Source: a virus. Taken from it: DNA of 64,000 nt. The stretch covers positions 1-64,000 of the IMG/VR virus record IMGVR_UViG_3300028536_000015; one strand, 5' to 3'. The first letter of the stretch is position 1; every line of letters begins with the position of its first letter. The translations under genes and the position numbers were made by a program. The notes below the pieces were generated by a model. The model saw nothing but the letters and a program-made list of their open reading frames with translations, was not told the DNA's origin and searched no databases. Positions 62,509 through 64,000 of this stretch are shown here, one piece after another.

Positions 62509-64000
62509 TGCGCACCCAGCATATCAAGATGCCCAGTAAGCCAATAGCTAGCAGTGTTTCCGTAATGTTTATTAAATCCAGCAACAACCGCAGGATCATG
62601 AGGATGCTCTTTCAGGATTTTAACGGCTTCAGGTAGCTGCTCGGAAGCTTTCCTGTTCGGCAGGTTCTCCATCATGGAGCGCACAATATAACGATCGACA
62701 GGATTTTGTTTCTGGAATGCTTGTTCCCATCCAGTCGGAATGCCTTTGTTCTCTTTGATGTAATTTTCATAAAAAGCATGCTTGTCGCGGGTGTACTGTA
62801 ACTGAGAGTCATAACCAGCCAGAAGTCTCAGCATGCCAAGTGGGCTTTGCGTCAAGCCAGGAGTGGACTCGATGCCGACTTGCTGACCCGCAAAAGCCTC
62901 GCGAGAACTCAGGTTAGACGCAAACAGCATACCAAGGGTGCGCTGATCCTTTGAGATCACTTCCATGGCTGCAAGTTTCTCAGGATCGATCGCAGGAGGC
63001 TTTCCAGCAGCGCGAGCCGCTTCGTTGAGCGATCGCGCATAACGAATACGCTCATCGACGTTATTGCCGCGCATGGTAGCTATCTTGGTCAAGAACCCAT
63101 CAGAGTCCGCGTCCTTCATAAGTTTGCCGAACTGCTGTTTGCTCTGCTGAACAAGAATATCTTCGTTGCCCATGTTGTTGGCTTCTTTGGTATGAAGCGT
63201 TGTTACATGGTTATTCTCAGCGTTAGCTTGCGTAAGCGCGGGAGAGCCTTTGCGATAGTTCGAAGTGTCTACTTTAGGCGGAACAAGATTGCTGGCCAGT
63301 TGAGGTTCTCTCATCGGAGAGACTTCGGCAGGTGTAGATATCCCACTTGGTGTATTGTCTGGAGATATCTTGCTGGTACTGTCAGAAGGCTTTCCAGGAT
63401 CAGTAAGAGAGCCGTTTGCAACGGTACCGTCAGGATTGACAACCTTTGTTTCACCAGTGGTCTTATTGTAGAGCGTCTTGCTGCCATCCACGGGATTCTC
63501 ATTGATGGTCATCCATCCGCGTAGACCCAAAAGCTGGGCCTGCATCTGAATTTGTTGTTTGCGGACATCGATTTCTTGTTTCTGGTATGGCGTCATCCTT
63601 TCGTATTGATCGCGATGGAACTGGGCCTGCTGAGCAAGCTGCTTGGCTTTCTGATTAACGCCTTCTTCGGTCGCAAGGTCCTTGCGCTGTTGTTCAAGTG
63701 TCTGCACGCCAGCCTGTAGACCCTTGCCGATATTCACGCCAGCAAACGGAGACGTGCCGGCCATCATCGCAAAGCCCGCATTCATCAGCGCCGTCCAAGG
63801 ACTTTTTGCAAAGTTCCTAGATGTATCGTGAACCTGATCCAGATCAGGGTAAGGTAACTTTTGATCGAGGCTTGTGGTGGTATCTTGAGGAGGAGGCGGC
63901 GGTGGTGGGGCTCTCATAGGTCCGCCAGCGCCAGGAGCGCCCATTCCCGGTCCACCAGCGACTTCCTGCGGAGGAGGCAACGGTGGCGCTTGCTGAGGCG
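62505..64000 (-). CDS. Putative ejection protein (5' end outside the window)
   Basis: Frame open to the edge; ALMNAGFAMMAGTSPFAGVNIG motif. Confidence 0.6.
   Translation of the reverse strand, partial: PQQAPPLPPPQEVAGGPGMGAPGAGGPMRAPPPPPPPQDTTTSLDQKLPYPDLDQVHDTSRNFAKSPWTALMNAGFAMMAGTSPFAGVNIGKGLQAGVQTLEQQRKDLATEEGVNQKAKQLAQQAQFHRDQYERMTPYQKQEIDVRKQQIQMQAQLLGLRGWMTINENPVDGSKTLYNKTTGETKVVNPDGTVANGSLTDPGKPSDSTSKISPDNTPSGISTPAEVSPMREPQLASNLVPPKVDTSNYRKGSPALTQANAENNHVTTLHTKEANNMGNEDILVQQSKQQFGKLMKDADSDGFLTKIATMRGNNVDERIRYARSLNEAARAAGKPPAIDPEKLAAMEVISKDQRTLGMLFASNLSSREAFAGQQVGIESTPGLTQSPLGMLRLLAGYDSQLQYTRDKHAFYENYIKENKGIPTGWEQAFQKQNPVDRYIVRSMMENLPNRKASEQLPEAVKILKEHPHDPAVVAGFNKHYGNTASYWLTGHLDMLGAQ

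Noticed and set aside
1-64000. tRNA, tmRNA, integrase, DGR reverse transcriptase or genetic-code reassignment
   Set aside because: None recognised by eye, and genes read through under the standard code with all three stops used. A formal scan was not possible.

Overview
The window holds most of the genome of a tailed dsDNA bacteriophage. It has a podovirus-like layout (TerL, portal, GroES, scaffold, major capsid, small virion genes; and at the other edge ejection proteins, tail fibre and lysis genes). Both edges fall inside the minus-strand virion module, so the genome probably wraps around. The host is probably a Rhizobiales/Bradyrhizobium-like alphaproteobacterium, judging from a GcrA homolog, a Rhizobiales-style dif site and a Bradyrhizobium-type secreted protein. 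No integrase, tRNA, rRNA or CRISPR array was seen. Main observations: (1) a 9.3 kb pseudaminic-acid-type nonulosonate biosynthesis operon (PseB, PseC, PseH-like GNAT, SpsF/PseF-aminotransferase fusion, PseI, two methyltransferases, an oxidoreductase), together with a CstII/Maf-like sialyltransferase-fold gene among Ser/Thr-rich virion genes, suggesting phage-encoded virion glycosylation with a sialic-acid-like sugar; (2) ten structure-conserved, covarying hairpin-switch elements at gene junctions of the early region (36.5-43.4 kb), four carrying an extra pseudoknot-like module; (3) a XerCD dif site, a plasmid-like leader-peptide/antisense arrangement upstream of the iteron-containing rep gene, two candidate large structured ncRNAs, an unannotated HiPIP-like gene, a candidate -1 frameshift and a fungal-type AAA+ ATPase. 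All protein calls come from motifs recognised by eye; no searches were run.
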